Virus record (IMG/VR): IMGVR_UViG_3300045988_161286
Strand: one strand, 5' to 3'
DNA: 64,000 nt
From: a virus
Shown here: one piece after another, positions 63,926 through 64,000 of the stretch
How positions within the stretch are numbered: position 1 is the stretch's first letter
Layout of the letters: the number at the start of each line of letters is the position of its first letter
Translations under genes and position numbers: made by a program
Notes under the pieces: model-generated
Told to the model about the DNA's origin: nothing
Databases searched by the model: none
What the model saw: only the letters and a program-made list of their open reading frames with translations

Positions 63926-64000
63926 AAGCCAAAAGTAGGCACTCCGACTAACTGCCTTCTAAGCAGTAGGTCAGGGGTTCGAGTCCCTTTTGGCGCGCCA
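63926..64000 (+). tRNA. tRNA-Arg(UCU)-like sequence; the 3' two-thirds is canonical and the 5' D-arm region aberrant (possible att core or pseudo-tRNA)
   Basis: Anticodon arm ACTGC-CTTCTAA-GCAGT, T-arm AGGGG-TTCGAGT-CCCTT, then TTGGCGC-G-CCA at the window end. The 5' strand pairs at only 5 of 7 acceptor positions. The D-loop has no GG. Confidence 0.4.

Noticed and set aside
1-64000. CRISPR arrays, rRNA genes and IS/transposase elements.
   Set aside because: I saw no regularly spaced direct repeats, no rRNA-like sequence, and no transposase motifs or terminal inverted repeats when reading through the window.

Overview
AT-rich, gene-dense segment of a large Firmicutes-type phage or prophage. 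AGGAGG-type SD sites are common, many genes overlap by ATGA/GTGA, and there are about 130 mostly small ORFs. Layout: nt 1-5623 is on the minus strand and holds a YonO-like single-subunit RNA polymerase (truncated by the window edge, so absent from the ORF track), a small Cys-rich protein, a P-loop ATPase and a tyrosine integrase. Everything from 6158 onward is on the plus strand. Recognisable plus-strand modules: recombination (Rad52-like SSAP, SSB, Cas4/RecB-like nuclease); replication (primase-helicase, DnaE-type Pol III alpha); nucleotide metabolism (NrdD/NrdG, ThyX, dUTPase, two kinase-like P-loop proteins, an NDT-like protein); three DNA methyltransferases; an RNA ligase; an HNH nuclease; a DHH/DHHA1 phosphoesterase; a MazF-like toxin; a SleB-type lipoprotein hydrolase; one isolated HK97-type capsid gene; three tRNAs, plus a tRNA-Arg-like 3' fragment at the window end next to an excisionase-like gene. 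Most unusual region: 7.3-17.5 kb. It has visibly GC-richer non-coding blocks. One is a ~740-nt structured RNA candidate. Another is a three-member family of RNA elements whose closing helix shows compensatory changes. These blocks flank an operon encoding a ThiS/MoaD-like Ubl candidate, a JAB/MPN+ peptidase with a complete JAMM motif, a minimal ThiF/E1 enzyme and a retron-type reverse transcriptase, followed directly by the tRNA cluster. I know of no described system that joins Ubl-conjugation enzymes to a retron-like RT, and it is my top candidate for the novel system. Other observations: several genes whose only sensibly spaced start is ATT/ATC/ATA; five homopolymer-associated frame breaks; a perfect 227-bp tandem duplication across the nuclease/primase junction; a promoter-to-terminator sRNA candidate beside the toxin. 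All functional calls rest on motifs read by eye. No database search was run.
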